The position numbers and the translations under genes are program-made. The notes below the pieces were generated by a model. It saw only the letters and a list, made by a program, of their open reading frames with translations, searched no databases and was not told where the DNA came from. This document shows, in pieces, positions 25,970-47,942 of a DNA stretch of 64,000 nucleotides; within the stretch, counting starts at the first letter, position 1; every line of letters begins with the position of its first letter. Source of the DNA: the human T2T-CHM13v2.0 reference genome, Homo sapiens; the NCBI RefSeq assembly GCF_009914755.1, contig NC_060941.1. The stretch is one strand, 5' to 3'.

Positions 25970-27790
25970 GAAACATTATTGAATAAAATGAAGTAAATCT
26001 ATATCTAAGAACATGGAAAACGTCCAAGACATGTAATAAAGGGAAAAATAGAAACTAATACTCGACAACCAGTTAGAAGATATAATAGAAGAAAAGGACC
26101 TACAAGAGCAATATAAAAGATAAAATGCTTTTTAATAAACTTAACACAATTCACAGGTTCTGGGGATTTGGAAATAAAAGAAAAAAAAAAGAAAAGAAAA
26201 ATACAATGATAAAAAAGAAAAGAGTAACAAGAAATACATCAAACTCACTTAAAGAAAAGGTAAAAACACTACAGAAGGGTACAAAAGTAGGCTTCAACAA
26301 ATAGTAGTCTTGCCCAGAAAGACTCAACATCCTAAAATGTAAATCTTCCATAAATTAATTTATAAGTTTAACACAATAACAAAGAAAGTGCCAATGACTT
26401 TTTAAAAATTAGGAAGATGATTAAAAAGACAATATAAAAAATTAATGCATAAGAATTATCAGGAAAATTCTGGAAAGGAGGAGCAATGAGGCAGAGGATG
26501 GAGAGTAGCTCTGTAAATTAATTAAAAATATTATAATACTTCAGTAATGAAAATAGTATAGTAGTGGTTCATATTAGACAGACTGACCAAGGGAACAGAA
26601 CAGAAAATCCAGAAATACATGCAGATACATTCAGGATTGTTCTTTATGATGATATGAGGAGAAATGAATTATTCAGTGAATGGTAATGGGACAGCTGGGA
26701 ACCAGGCGGATGAAAATAAAATTGGATCCACACCTTACTCCTCACATCAGGATAAATTCCAAAGGGGTCACAGATTTAAATGTAAACGTGAAACTGTAAG
26801 TCCTTGAAGAATGAAGAAAACATTGGAGAATGTGTTTGTAGCCTTTGCTTTTCTGATAGTGATTTAAAATCCAAACGGCATTTAAAAATTTTAAAAGACT
26901 GCATTTGAAAATGTACTTGGCAAAAACACACTCACATTATAAGCAAAGAGTAGACACATCAACTGGGATTTTTTTTTCAAATCATATTACAAATGTGTAT
27001 TCTCCTAACATATAAAGAGATCTAAAAAATGATAAGAAAAAGACCAATAACCCAATAGAAAAGTGAGCAAAAGATATAAACAGACAGTTCTCAAAAAAGA
27101 TATGCAAAAGGCCTGTAAACATGAAAATATGTTCAGCCTCACTCAGAAGAGAAACACAAATTTAAACTATACCATGATACTTTTTTTTCCCTTGGATGCC
27201 ATTTTTCTTTTTCAAATATCAAATTGGAGAAATTAAAAACACACTCTGAATCCAGGCTGTGGGCAACAAGACACTCTAAGTCATTGCTGGTACTAGTGTA
27301 AATTGGCATAATCCCTAGAGGGGACAATTTGGCAACATCTCTCCAAATTACAGTGCATTTACACAGGCAATTTGCCTGTAGATGTACTTAGATATATGCA
27401 AAATGAGGCTTGTACAAGGTATTCATCGGAGCAGCAATAGCAAAGAGTAACCAGGTTACAGTTCTGCGATTCAATGGAATCTATGCAGCTATGATCAGCT
27501 CTCTATGAAACAAGAAACAAGACCTCCAAGATATTGTTGAAATAAAATAGCAAGGTACAGAACAGTGTTATCTTTTATGTAAAAAGGGGACTAGAAGAAA
27601 ATAGATTCTTATTGCTTGCGTATGCCCAAGGAGCGCCACAAAATGTATGAGAATCTACCTGTGGCTCTCCCTTTGGGGGAAGTGGGCTGACAGGGGACAC
27701 ACGTGGTAGGGAGCATTTTCACTGTATATTCTTTTTTGTTTATTTTATTTTTGAACGATGTAATTGTATTATATTTTCATAAAACAAATA
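25970..27790 (+). mobile_element. Old L1 (L1ME-like) ORF2/3' region
   Basis: A-rich strand; ggaacagaacagaaaatccagaaat, ccaatagaaaagtgagcaaaagatat. Confidence 0.7.
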
Positions 27791-27867
27791 TAAAATATTT
27801 TAAGGAGGGAAGCAGATTGTAAAATAGTACATAAAATTATCTATTTTCGGCTGGGCGTGGTGGCTCA

Positions 27868-28149
<282 letters not shown>

Positions 28150-28984
28150 CTATTTTCTCATATATGCATTTTTAAAAGCTATTTACAGTGGTTATCTTCA
28201 AAAGTCTTTTATTTTTGCTTACACATTTTTGCATACTTTATTACAGATGTGAGCCACTGTGCCCAACCCGTTTTAACATTTAATAGTGAAAAAATGATAT
28301 ATTTCTGTTTCCTCCACACTAATCTTTAACTATTACAAACTGTAGTTTAATGGAATCCTGATTTTTACCCTCTAGTTTGGATTCAGTGTTTCTAACTTGA
28401 AGTTTTTTTGTTTTTTTTGTTTTGTTTTGTTTTTTTGACCAGACCCCCAGGACTTGTTTCCTTCTGTGAGATTCAGGCCAAATTGGTTTCAAAAGTTGTT
28501 TTGCTTCAAGGAATAGTTTTTCCTTATCTACTGCTGCAGTGATTCCACAAACAGAAACTTCTAATTCCTTCTGTCAACTCCTCCAAATTTCGTGACTTTA
28601 TGGGGGGCAGGGAAGGGACTAAAAATCTCAGAAGAAAGAGCTTTATACCCTTTGCCTCTAGACAGAGCAAAACCAAGACCTTCCAGAGAGGGAGCGCCAC
28701 CTGCAGCTGAGGCTATTTATAGTACAGGAGTTGGATTTAAATATAATTCTGTCCTCTGGTAACTCCAGCCAGCTGCTACTTTAAGATTTGGCGCCGCCCT
28801 TTATGTAAGAGGGCATGTTTTGTTTCAGTACCTTTCAGATGGAATCGAAATTTAGCAGTAAGCAACAAACAAGCTCTGGTGTGGGCCACTGGAAGTGAGA
28901 AGCAGTGTGGTGGCAGGAGGCTGGCTGTGCAACCTTGGCGTGAGGACTAGAATGGATTTAAAATAGTCCACTCCTTGAGTATAA

Positions 28985-30860
<1,876 letters not shown>

Positions 30861-31951
30861 AATCCCCCCTTCATCTTCATCTATATTACCCATCTGTCCA
30901 TGGACCCTAGAGGAAAATTGGGAGATTGTCAATTTAACCAAATTGGTCTCTGGACCTCATTCTCATCATGTGTGAAATGAAAGAGTTGGCTGGAGTTTCC
31001 ACAATTTCATGTAGAGATGTTGAGTCAGAAGACAGGAGATGTGGGGAGGTAACTCTTATGGAAGGTAAGAAGCACAGCACTGTAGAAACGAATATTGATG
31101 TCTACTGGATTTTGGAAGTCTGCTACAGGTCAGACATCTAAATTTTTGTTGACAAATTTTTTTTAATTTAAATTAGAAAACATTTCAAGCATACAGAAAA
31201 TCCCTACATATAGCGATTGTTTACCACCAAAAACTAACAGATGTTAATATTTTGCCATATATATATATGATCCGCCAGCCTCTGCCTCCCAAAGTGCTGG
31301 GATTACAGGCATGAGCCACCATGCCCAGCCTATGTGTCTTGCTTAATAAATCCATTCCTACCCTGAATTGATAAAGATGTCTTTTCAATCTATGTCTTTT
31401 TTTCTCTTAAAAATTTCTGCTCCTTTTAAATTTTTCTATTTTCTTATTTTTTTTCTTTGTTCTTCAGAGCAGATCTACTTTCTTTGAATTCTATAATCTA
31501 AAATTTTTAATTAACTTTTTATTTGGAAATAATTTCAAACTTAAAAAATGTTGCAAAAATAAAAAATATGCAAAGAACACTCACAGGCTGTTTACCCAGA
31601 TTCACCTATTGTTAGCATTTTACCCTATTTGTTTATCATTTGAAATAGATAATATATAAAACATACCATATATCATATCTAATATATATTTTTTCTGGAC
31701 TGCTCGAGGGTCAGTTATATACATGATGCTTTACCATTAAATACTTCAGTGTGTATTTCCTATGAACAGGGATAGTCTAACATAACTACACTACCATTAT
31801 TAACTTTATAACTTTATACTCTTTTGAATCTCCTGTGATATTCCAATTTTGTCAATTGCCAATTTTTTTGTTAATGTTGATGTTCTTTATAGCATTTTTA
31901 TAACCCCATGCCGCCCTATAACCATTTTTCTTTTCTTTTTTTGTTTTTTGA

Positions 31952-32095
<144 letters not shown>

Positions 32096-33059
32096 TAATT
32101 TTTGTATTTTTAGTAGAGACGGGACTTCACCATGTTGGCCAGGCTGGTCTCAAACTCCTGACCTCAAGTGATCCGCCTGCCTCGGCCTCCCAAAGTGCTG
32201 GGATTATAGGCGTGAGCCACGGTGCCCGGCCTCAAGCCCTATAACCTTATAGCACTTTAAAAAAATCCAATGATACAGAATCCAAACTAAGGGCAGGTGT
32301 TGCATATAATTGTCATGTCTTTTTAGGTTTCTTTAATCTGAAACAGTTCCTCAACCTCTATTTGCCTTCTATGACATTGACATTTTTGAAGAATGCAGTC
32401 CTCCCCACCTTTTTAAATAGAACGTTTCTCATTTAGTGTTTATCTTATGTTTCCTTGTGATTAGATTTGAAATAATGCCGGAACATTGCCGAGACGTATT
32501 GTGCAGCACTGCATAGGTGTAGTATTATGTCCTTCTCAGGGTATCACATCTGGAGGCAAAGAATGTCTCTCTGCCCCTCATGGTTAATTTTGATCACTTG
32601 CTTAAAGTATTGCCCCATTTCTCCACTGTACAATGACTGCTTTTTATTTTATTCCCCACTCCCTTCCAACTCATGGCAATCTGGAGGGAGATACTTTCAG
32701 ACCCTGCAAAAGTTCTGCTCCTCATCCAACATTTCCCCCAGCTTTAGAATCCACTGATGATTCTTACCTGATCCAATCTTTGCCACCAAGTCTGAAAATG
32801 ATTCATTTAAAAGTTTTTAAGTTTTATTTTTCACATATAGGTCTTTGACCTGGAATAGATTTTGTGTATGGTGTGAGATAGGGATTGAATTCTATTTTCC
32901 CCCCAGATGGCTAATCAGCTCCATTTGTTGAAGTTTATTCTTTCCCAGTTGGTAAGAAATGTCCACGTCTTCACACATTTGCTGTGTTTGTTTCAGTACT
33001 GTATATTCTATTTCATTGGTCCATTTGTTTATCCTTGTGCCAAAACTATGAAGTCTTTA

Positions 33060-33320
33060 TTGCCATAGCTTTATAATATATATTTATATAAATATATAAT
33101 TGCTGTCACTACATAATGTGGATTTATATAAATATATAATATATAATTGCTATAGCTTTATAGTATATATTTATATAATTGCTGTTTTATATATCATATA
33201 ATTATATAAATATATAATTGCTATGTTTTATATATTATATATTTATGTAGATATATAATTGCTATGTTTTATATATTATATATTTACATAAATACATAAT
33301 TGCTATTGCTTTATAATAAA
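33060..33320. repeat. AT-rich imperfect minisatellite (about 7 units of 32-47 bp)
   Basis: Units anchored on AATTGCT...TATAT within an antisense L1. Confidence 0.85.
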
Positions 33321-33939
33321 TTTGTATATCTTATAGGGCATCTTCCATTATACTCTTCTCTAAAATTGTTAGCTATTCTTGCCATCCGGGCAATTATATT
33401 CATTTTCACAACAACCCTCAGATTAAGCAATTGCCCAAGGTCCAAAAATCAGCAAGAGGGACTTGGAACCCAGGTCTGTCGGAGGCCAAAGCTCTTTTCA
33501 TTACTTCCTGAGGGTGGTTTTCTAGGCATGGAGAAGCAGAGGTCAGGGAATCAAGTGTGGCGAGAGAGAGAAGAGAAGTGAAAGAAGAAAGGCAGGTGTC
33601 AGCTTGGTGTGGGTTTGGTCTCTGGGATATAGACTTTGCCAGCCAAAGGATGGAGCTTGAACTTAGCTGGCAGAACTGGAAACAGAAGATTGTAAGGAAA
33701 GGGACTGGGATCAGTGTTTCTTCTCCAGGACGGATTACCCACAGCTGTCCACGGGCAGGCACTTGTTACTTTCTGGCTGAGCAGGGCAGTGTGGCCGACG
33801 GCTGAAAGGGGAAGCTGCGGCTGCTTTTGTGCAGGGGTGGTGGTGATGAGGGTGATGTGGGGGGCTGGAAGGCATGGAGGGGAAAGGATCTGGCTGACTA
33901 CCTGGAAGCCAGGACAGATCCCACCCCAGAAAGGCGCAG

Positions 33940-34080
33940 TAGGGGCTCTCATCCTCCACTAGCCCGCCCCTCCCTACCTAATTAAGGACCCTAATCAGCT
34001 TGGGGAGATTAAGGGCTCTGGCCGGCTGTACCCACGCCCCCGCCCTGGCCTGGGCTGGCAAGGAAGACCTGTGGGCGGGC
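33940..34080 (+). promoter_or_regulatory. GUCY2D: GUCY2D proximal promoter with clustered CRX/OTX-type homeodomain sites and GC boxes
   Basis: CTAATTAAG (33978-33986), TAATCA (33992-33997) and AGATTA (=TAATCT reverse, 34006-34011) lie within 35 bp. GC boxes at 33963-33970 and about 34073. Immediately upstream of exon 1 of a photoreceptor gene. Confidence 0.75.
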
Positions 34081-34145
34081 GTCAAAAGGGGGACCGGCCC
34101 TGTGACCCCTCACCGGGGCCGTGGGCCCGAGCCCCGGACTTCCCT
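34050..34145 (+). other. GUCY2D: GUCY2D exon 1 (non-coding 5'UTR; start approximate)
   Basis: Donor CCT|GTAAGT at 34146; exon 2 acceptor TTCGCAG| ends at 34449. Confidence 0.8.
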
Positions 34146-34401
34146 GTAAGTGTCAGAGGCCCCTCCGCTGGGATAGGGTCGGTCTGAGGGCGCAGGCGAG
34201 TCCCTGCTGACCCCTGACGCCTCCGACGGGGGGAGGGGCAGGCCGGGTGGGAGCGGGAAGCCGGGGCGGCAGAAGGGGGCTTCGGGGCGGTGTCCTTGGC
34301 CCCAGTTAGTCTTCCCAGCCTCCGGAGGGGGCGGTAGCAGCAGAATCATCCCATGGGTTACTCGGGCTTGGAGAAACTCGGGGTTACGGGGAGAACCCTA
34401 G

Positions 34402-35693
<1,292 letters not shown>

Positions 35694-36479
35694 TAATGTA
35701 GAGGCTCTGGCCCCACTTGGGGTCTCTTAGTGTACGAGGATTGCCTCTAGAGAGTAGGCAATTCGACCTCTCAAGTCCAACATCAAGCAGTAAACTCTAA
35801 TGAACTGTAAACTGCAAAACCTTTTGCAATTGGCTTCAAAGTAAACCCATTTCCACCACCACATACTCCCAGCTGTCTAAAATAAATACTTGGTGTTCTT
35901 GAAAGCAGGAAGGAGGGAGGATGCCAATCCAACCTTCATCCCTAGTTCAGAGGTATTTCCTCTGGGGCCTCATCTGGTGGTCTTAGCTTTTCAAGGGCCT
36001 AGACACCTTGCAAGAAGCAGAAAGTTCCCTGGGTGGATTCAGGGGCAATCCTAACCAGATCCATAGTGTATTTCCAACATCCAGCTAATACCTAGGGATC
36101 CCCAAGTCCCCAGAATCCCAGTTCAGATCATCTAACTTTACTCCCGCCACAAAGGGGGACTAGAAACCACTATGAGAAGGGAATTTAGATGTCAACGGGC
36201 AGTGAATTAACCACCACAAAGGTCCAACTCACAGGCGGCTGCATGAGAGAAGGGTCGTAGGGGTTGCAATTTCCCATCGATGCCCCTAGATTCTTCCAAG
36301 AGGATTGGAGGTGTCCAATGGAGGGGGGAGGGGTGCAGTGATGGGAATAGTCAGAAGAGAATACAAGATAGGAATCATAATGAGATGGGATGGAGGGAGG
36401 GTCGGTCAGTGGAGAGAGGGAGGTTGAGAAAGTAGAGAGAGAAAAGCCCTTCAGCTCTCAGTAAGTACCACAGCAGTCC

Positions 36480-37215
36480 TCTCCACTGCCCAAACTGCGC
36501 AAGCCTCTGAGCGTGTGAGTCACCCTTGATTCCTTGAATTCTTCGCCCCCACTTCCAGGCATCAAGCCCTGTTACTGTTACTTCCTAAAGATCATTCGAA
36601 TTCATCCGCTTTCTCCATCTTTACTGTCACTGCCCTGATTCAGGCCACAGCACCCCCAGCCCAAATCCCAAAACATAATCTCTCAGATGGTCTCTGCTTC
36701 AACACTCACCTGCCCAACACCTTTCTCCAGATCAAGCTTCAGAAATCTGACAGATCTCACCCTGTCATGCCCCTGTTCAAAGCCTCACAGTGGCTTCTGT
36801 TGCCCTGGATAGATGCAGGCCTCTCCACATGGCTTACCAGGTCACCTGTCTTTCTCTCTCTTCCACCTCCCATGAACTTCAGCCAGACCAAGCTACTCTG
36901 GGTTCTTGGAATGTGTCCTTCTCTTTTGCCTCTGAGCTTCTGAGTGTGCTGTTTCCTCTCTCTTGTCCCTGCCTCCCCTGGATAATTCTGACTCATCCCC
37001 TGAAGGATGGTCACTTCTAACAGCTCCTTCTCTGTCCACAGCCTAGGGTGGGGACACCCATTCCTGTCTCTGCAGCTCCCTCAGTTTCCCCTACTTTTAC
37101 TCATTGCACTGCCTGAACACCCCTGTCTCTTTGGCAAGAAGAAAGGTTCCTTGAGACGGGGTCTGTCTTGTACACTGATACATCTTTAGTGCTCTGCACA
37201 GTGCCTGGCTCTCTG
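36480..37215 (+). mobile_element. L2 fragment in GUCY2D intron 3
   Basis: cagtggcttctgttgccctgg...gcacagtgcctggc L2 3' motifs. Confidence 0.6.
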
Positions 37216-37298
37216 AGAGATGGCAACTGGGAATAATAGAGAAGCCTGATAAGATCGGGTGGTAACAATAGAGAAGGTTTTTTGTTTGTTTTTTGTTT

Positions 37299-37329
<31 letters not shown>

Positions 37330-37535
37330 GGAACAACAGAAAATAGAAGCCAACCAAAAGATAGGTGAGAAGGCTTTTAGGTGAATGGTAGGTGATGAGG
37401 TTAAAACTATATGCTGGGCAACCAACAGGAAGAAGAGAGGACCTACAGGTGATGGAGAATTAGAATCAACCAATGGTCAGAGAGGAGGCTGAGTCCTGAA
37501 AAGAGGAACCAGTTAGTGGGGAGAGCAGGTGTGAC

Positions 37536-37650
37536 AGCCAATAGGAGAGGGAGGAAGAGAGAGCCAGTGGGGAGGGAGGAAGAGAGAGCCAATGGGGAGG
37601 GAGGAAGAGAGCCAATGGGGAGGGAGGAAGAGATAGCCAATGGGGAGGGA
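37536..37650 (+). repeat. Purine-rich tandem repeat, 5 units of 23-26 bp (AGCCAATGGGGAGGGAGGAAGAGAG)
   Basis: Units read directly at 37536, 37562, 37587, 37610, 37635. Confidence 0.9.
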
Positions 37651-37752
37651 TCCTGGGAACAACTAACTGGAAGGTGGCAACAGTGGATACCCTGGGCTTG
37701 ACAGGCAGTGAAAGAATCTGGTCTGTCTGTGGGCTGTGACCCCGACCTCTGA

Positions 37753-38151
<399 letters not shown>

Positions 38152-38352
38152 TGAGACAATCGCCATGGACCATCCACAAAGTGATGAAAGAGAGTGGACT
38201 CCTATCCTGTAATCCGTCTTCGATGCCCTTCTAGGCCCTCTCCCAGCCTCTGGCTTGCACAGGACCCCTCTCTTGCTGAGCTCCAAAGCCCTCTTGGAAA
38301 TTTTCTATCATTCCCAGCCTCTCCCCTTTGAGGAACTATGACCTACCCCTAG

Positions 38353-38556
<204 letters not shown>

Positions 38557-38792
38557 TGAGTAGTGGAATGAGGTAAGTAGGAAGTGAGCTTGTGCCAGAA
38601 ATGGAAGTCTGCAGCAAAAACAGCAGGCTGGGTTCACTCAGGAGTAGAGGAGGAGATTTTTCTTGGGGTGAGGGTGTTCTGGTGGGCTGGTAGAGTCCCA
38701 GGGGATGTGTGCTTTGGGGATGGCTGCCCTCCAGGACCCCTCCCCTGAGCCAACGTTATCCCTCCCCCGCATCCCCTGCTGGTCTCTTCTGA

Positions 38793-38981
<189 letters not shown>

Positions 38982-39341
38982 TAAATTTGGTTCCTTCCCT
39001 GGGCCAGTCCCGACCCCAGCTCCCTACTTGGGAAGCCTGATTTCTACCCCAGTTCTGTCCCACGTCTGAAGTCTAGGGATCAGCACCCTCATCTGTGCAA
39101 TGAGGGTAACAGTACCTGTCCTGACTACTTTCCTGGCGGGGAGGTGAAGCTCCAACAAGAAAATGAATGTTTGCTTTGTAAACTGTAAAGCGTGCACTTG
39201 GGGAGTAATGTCATTATCACCTTCCCTCATTGAGATTCCTTCGCCTCCCATCTTTAAATCCCCAAAACTCAGCCTGACCTCAACCCAGGACTCTGACACC
39301 AGAATATATTTTGACCTCTTGCATTGACCTCTACCTGCTAG

Positions 39342-39590
<249 letters not shown>

Positions 39591-40089
39591 TAGGGAAAGG
39601 TCATGGATCCCTCAAAGGGAAGCACCTAGGAATCTTCCCTCCCCAAGGATTTTTCTCTAGCCACTATCTGGGTAAGGGCTCCTCAAAAGCTAACCACAGT
39701 GACCCAGAGACTGGAGGCTGGAGCTGCCAGGGAGCATGCTGGGACCAGCAGGTAACATGGTGTGGCCACTGAGACCATCTCCGGCCTGGTCAGAGCCTCT
39801 GGCCCTGCCCCTCAGCATTTCCACCCAATTCAGACCAGACTCAGGAATAGCAACCCCTAGAGGGGGAAAAGAAAGTCACAAAAAAGTATTAGGACATTAA
39901 CTTTGGGGCTGGTAAATCTGAATGCGGTCAAGTGGAGGGGAGATGATGAGAACAGATTGAGAGAGAGCTGAGAGTGCTGAGCAAATCAAGAGAGTAGAAA
40001 TTTAGAGCTCCTGGGCTTCAGGTCATGGGAAGGAATGCAGAGGCTCCTATCATGTCACCTAGAGATCATCATGGCCAATTCTCAGAGGA

Positions 40090-40260
40090 GGCACTATTGT
40101 CATTTGGGGCAGATTGTCCTAAATTGTATGGGACTACTCTGTGCCTTGAAGAATATTTAGTGTTTCTTGTCTCTGGCCCTGTCCACTAATGCAGCTCCTA
40201 GTTTTTGTGACAGTTAAAACTTTCCCCACATTTATTTCCAAATGCTCCTTAGGGGTCAGT
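40090..40260. mobile_element. MER20 DNA transposon
   Basis: ggcactattgtcatttggggcaga...ccactaatgcag...ttccaaatg. Confidence 0.6.
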
Positions 40261-40317
40261 ACTAAACCCCAATTCCCTTCTAAATTCCCTTCTAGTCCAA
40301 ATCCCTTATAAACAAGA

Positions 40318-40478
40318 CAGGGCCACCTGCATAATTAGCGAGATCCAGGGCAAGATAGAAATGAGGGGCTCCTCGTTCATTCATGATGATGGCAGGAGGT
40401 CATTGAACCAAGCTTGGGCCCTTCGGAGCACGAGGCCCTGTGTGACTGCACAGGTCCCATGCCTGTGAACCGGCCCTG
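40318..40478. mobile_element. MER91A-like hAT MITE
   Basis: Terminal inverted repeats CAGGGCC...GGCCCTG. Confidence 0.6.
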
Positions 40479-40916
40479 CCAACAGTTGAGGATGAGGTCC
40501 AGCATCAGGAGGGGAGCTGTCTATAGTTCAGTTAGTTTTCAATAAAGCCTGATCTACCCAGATTTTTTACTCCCAGAACATGTTCTCTCATGGCAGTGGA
40601 TGGTAATGAGGGTTGTGATGTCGATGACACTTGTGGTTGTATTAATGCACTTAATAGGACTATTGGTGGGCACAGCTGGGTTGGTGAGGACAGCCATCCA
40701 TGGCTTCAGAATCTCTGTCATCCAGGGGTGGGCCCTCTCCCAGATGGCTGTGAAGTGGATGGGCATACATCAAACCCCTTGGTTCAATGCATTTTGTCAC
40801 ATGGAAGATGCATTCTGGGACAGTGAGCCAATGGAAATGAGGGGGAGGGGTTCTAGGGCTCCCCATCGTGGGATTTTAAGAGACTGAGTTCCCTACCCCC
40901 ATCCTCTTTGCTGCAG

Positions 40917-40997
40917 GGAGACAGGGTTTGGCTGAAGAAATTCCCAGGGGATCAGCACATAGCTATCCGCCCAGCAACCAAGACGGCCTTCTCCAAG
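40917..40997 (+). CDS. GUCY2D: GUCY2D exon 8 (kinase-homology domain)
   Basis: [27 protein letters not shown]; acceptor CTGCAG, donor GTGAGA. Confidence 0.96.
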
Positions 40998-41103
40998 GTG
41001 AGACTTGGGCCTGTGATGGGGCCTAGGTGGCCATCGGTTTCTCCCTCCTTGCCTTCTCTTTGCAGCTGGGTACAGAGGTAGGTCTCAGTTAAGTGTCCCC
41101 TCT

Positions 41104-43250
<2,147 letters not shown>

Positions 43251-43555
43251 GGCTTATGATCAATAAATCCGAACCTGCCTGGGTCCTGATCACCAATGCA
43301 AAGTTGTCTTTTCATTCACAGCATTAGGCTAAACCATACTCAGTATCCAAACAGTGGCCTTTGACTATATTGTTTTTTCCAAAAATAGGACTATGTGTAG
43401 AAGAGAGCCCCCGTACATACCTTATCAACCATTTCATCCACCATTTGTAAAAATCTCATCTTCTGGGTCTGGATACTCAAAAACAGATCTTGATTAACAG
43501 CCCCTTCCCCACATTGCCCTGGGCAGAAAATGCAAGTCAACTCTCCCCCTCTCAG

Positions 43556-43762
43556 CTCCAGGAGCTCCGGCATGAGAACGTGGCCCTCTACCTGGGGCTT
43601 TTCCTGGCTCGGGGAGCAGAAGGCCCTGCGGCCCTCTGGGAGGGCAACCTGGCTGTGGTCTCAGAGCACTGCACGCGGGGCTCTCTTCAGGACCTCCTCG
43701 CTCAGAGAGAAATAAAGCTGGACTGGATGTTCAAGTCCTCCCTCCTGCTGGACCTTATCAAG
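43556..43762 (+). CDS. GUCY2D: GUCY2D exon 9 (kinase-homology domain)
   Basis: [16 protein letters not shown]...[13 protein letters not shown]. Confidence 0.97.
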
Positions 43763-43861
43763 GTGTGTGTCTGGGGGTGGTGGGGTGACGTCCTGGGGGC
43801 AGGGATGGGGAGCAAGGGAACCAAGCAGGCTGAGGCTGCCTCTTACCCTACCCATTCCAAG

Positions 43862-44018
43862 GGAATAAGGTATCTGCACCATCGAGGCGTGGCTCATGGG
43901 CGGCTGAAGTCACGGAACTGCATAGTGGATGGCAGATTCGTACTCAAGATCACTGACCACGGCCACGGGAGACTGCTGGAAGCACAGAAGGTGCTACCGG
44001 AGCCTCCCAGAGCGGAGG
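43862..44018 (+). CDS. GUCY2D: GUCY2D exon 10 (pseudokinase motifs [12 protein letters not shown])
   Basis: [36 protein letters not shown]; donor GTAAGA. Confidence 0.97.
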
Positions 44019-44465
44019 GTAAGAGTCCCCTGTGCAGACGAGGATCCACCGGGATCCCCATTATTTCAAGGGCTTCTCCCCCGCTTCCTCCCTACCTCTG
44101 CCCTCGCACTCTCTTCATCCCACATCCACCAGACACAATTCCTGCTACAGAAAAGATCTTGTGGCCTCTGAGAGGGTGGGCTCTGTGACTTCGGAGACGG
44201 GGCTGCTGGGGGCGGGACTTGTACCTGAGCTGCCTGCAGCAGGGTTTGCTCTGATTACAAGTTTGCCTGAGGGTGGGGCTTGTGCCCAAGAGACGGAGCC
44301 TTCCCTGGGCACCACCTTTTCTGAAGGGCAAGGCCTATTTGCCAGGCTTTCTCTGAGATGGCTCCTAGAGATAGTTGCAGGGCTGGTCTCAGGTTGCAGG
44401 GTCTCAGACCGGTCTCAGGCTGCAGGGTTGGTGGTGTCTGGGTGCCAACCTGGGCTTTCTGGTGA

Positions 44466-44915
<450 letters not shown>

Positions 44916-45170
44916 TGACAGAACAGACTCCTCTCTGTTCTCAGGGGTCCCTGGGAGGAGCAGGGGAGGGGGAGTGGGTGCATCCCTTCTGCACAGGACT
45001 CTGAGCAAACTACTTGATCACCTATCCCTCACTTGTCTTACATACAATATGTTAGTTTCTTTGCCTATGTCACCTCTTACTGACCCCCAGAGTTCGAGGT
45101 CCTCTTGTTCCTCCTAGCAACCCCCTTCCACACTATACTCTCCCTCCACACACACACACTGAACCTCTGA

Positions 45171-45689
<519 letters not shown>

Positions 45690-46012
45690 TGAGAACCAAG
45701 TATGTGCTTGGCCTGCTGTGACAGAAAGACCCTTGGCCTGGGAGCCCAACGATTGGGCTGGCTCCAGTGCCCTGTCAATTACTAGCTGAGAACAACTGAC
45801 CTCTGGGAACCCTCATTTCCCACGTGCCTCCTAATCGTGTCTGAAAACACAGTGCCCAGCACCCCGGGGTGCTTGATGAATAGTAGATGAATGGTGGCAG
45901 CGGGGTTGGGGTTCAGAGTGAACAGCCCCATGAGAGGGCCCATGAGGGGGGCATAAAGAGGGCATGGCAACCCAGGTCTTCAGCAGCTTTACCAGCTTCC
46001 TTCTACTGCTAG

Positions 46013-46490
<478 letters not shown>

Positions 46491-46667
46491 TGACCTTCAA
46501 TTCAGCTTCACCAGCCTCCAGCCCAGCCCTTCCTGCGCAGCCCCTAGCCTACCTGCCCAATCAATCTTCTTTCCCAGACCTCCCGTCCCTTATTTATTCC
46601 TCCAGTCCCCAGCTCAGTCCTTCCACTAGCAACCTGGTTCTGCACTAACCCCAGGTGGGCCCGGTGA

Positions 46668-47066
<399 letters not shown>

Positions 47067-47069
47067 TAA

Positions 47070-47703
<634 letters not shown>

Positions 47704-47854
47704 TGAGGGGCCGGCCTCCGCGGCAGGGCGAGGGACGAGGGACCCCTGCCTCCTGCTCTGTGTCTGACCCCCCGCGCGCGAGGCAGCGATGACGTGGGCC
47801 CTGCCCTCCCACGCCCCATTCCCCTTCCCTGAGGCCACCGCCCCCTCCTTGCAG

Positions 47855-47942
47855 GTCCAGCAACCACGGCATCAGCCTGCAGGAGATCCCACCCGAGCGG
47901 CGACGGAAGCTGGAGAAGGCGCGGCCGGGCCAGTTCTCTTGA
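47855..47942 (+). CDS. GUCY2D: GUCY2D exon 19 CDS (stop TGA 47940-47942; exon continues to 47966)
   Basis: [28 protein letters not shown]; donor CAG|GTACTG at 47967; cumulative CDS 3312 nt. Confidence 0.96.

Noticed and set aside
33060-33320. Regularly spaced repeat resembling a CRISPR array
   Set aside because: Spacers are not unique; this is a eukaryotic AT-rich minisatellite
44370-44432. Short imperfect repeats (GGTCTCAGGYTGCAGGG) in intron 10
   Set aside because: Ordinary slippage-type duplication with no further support
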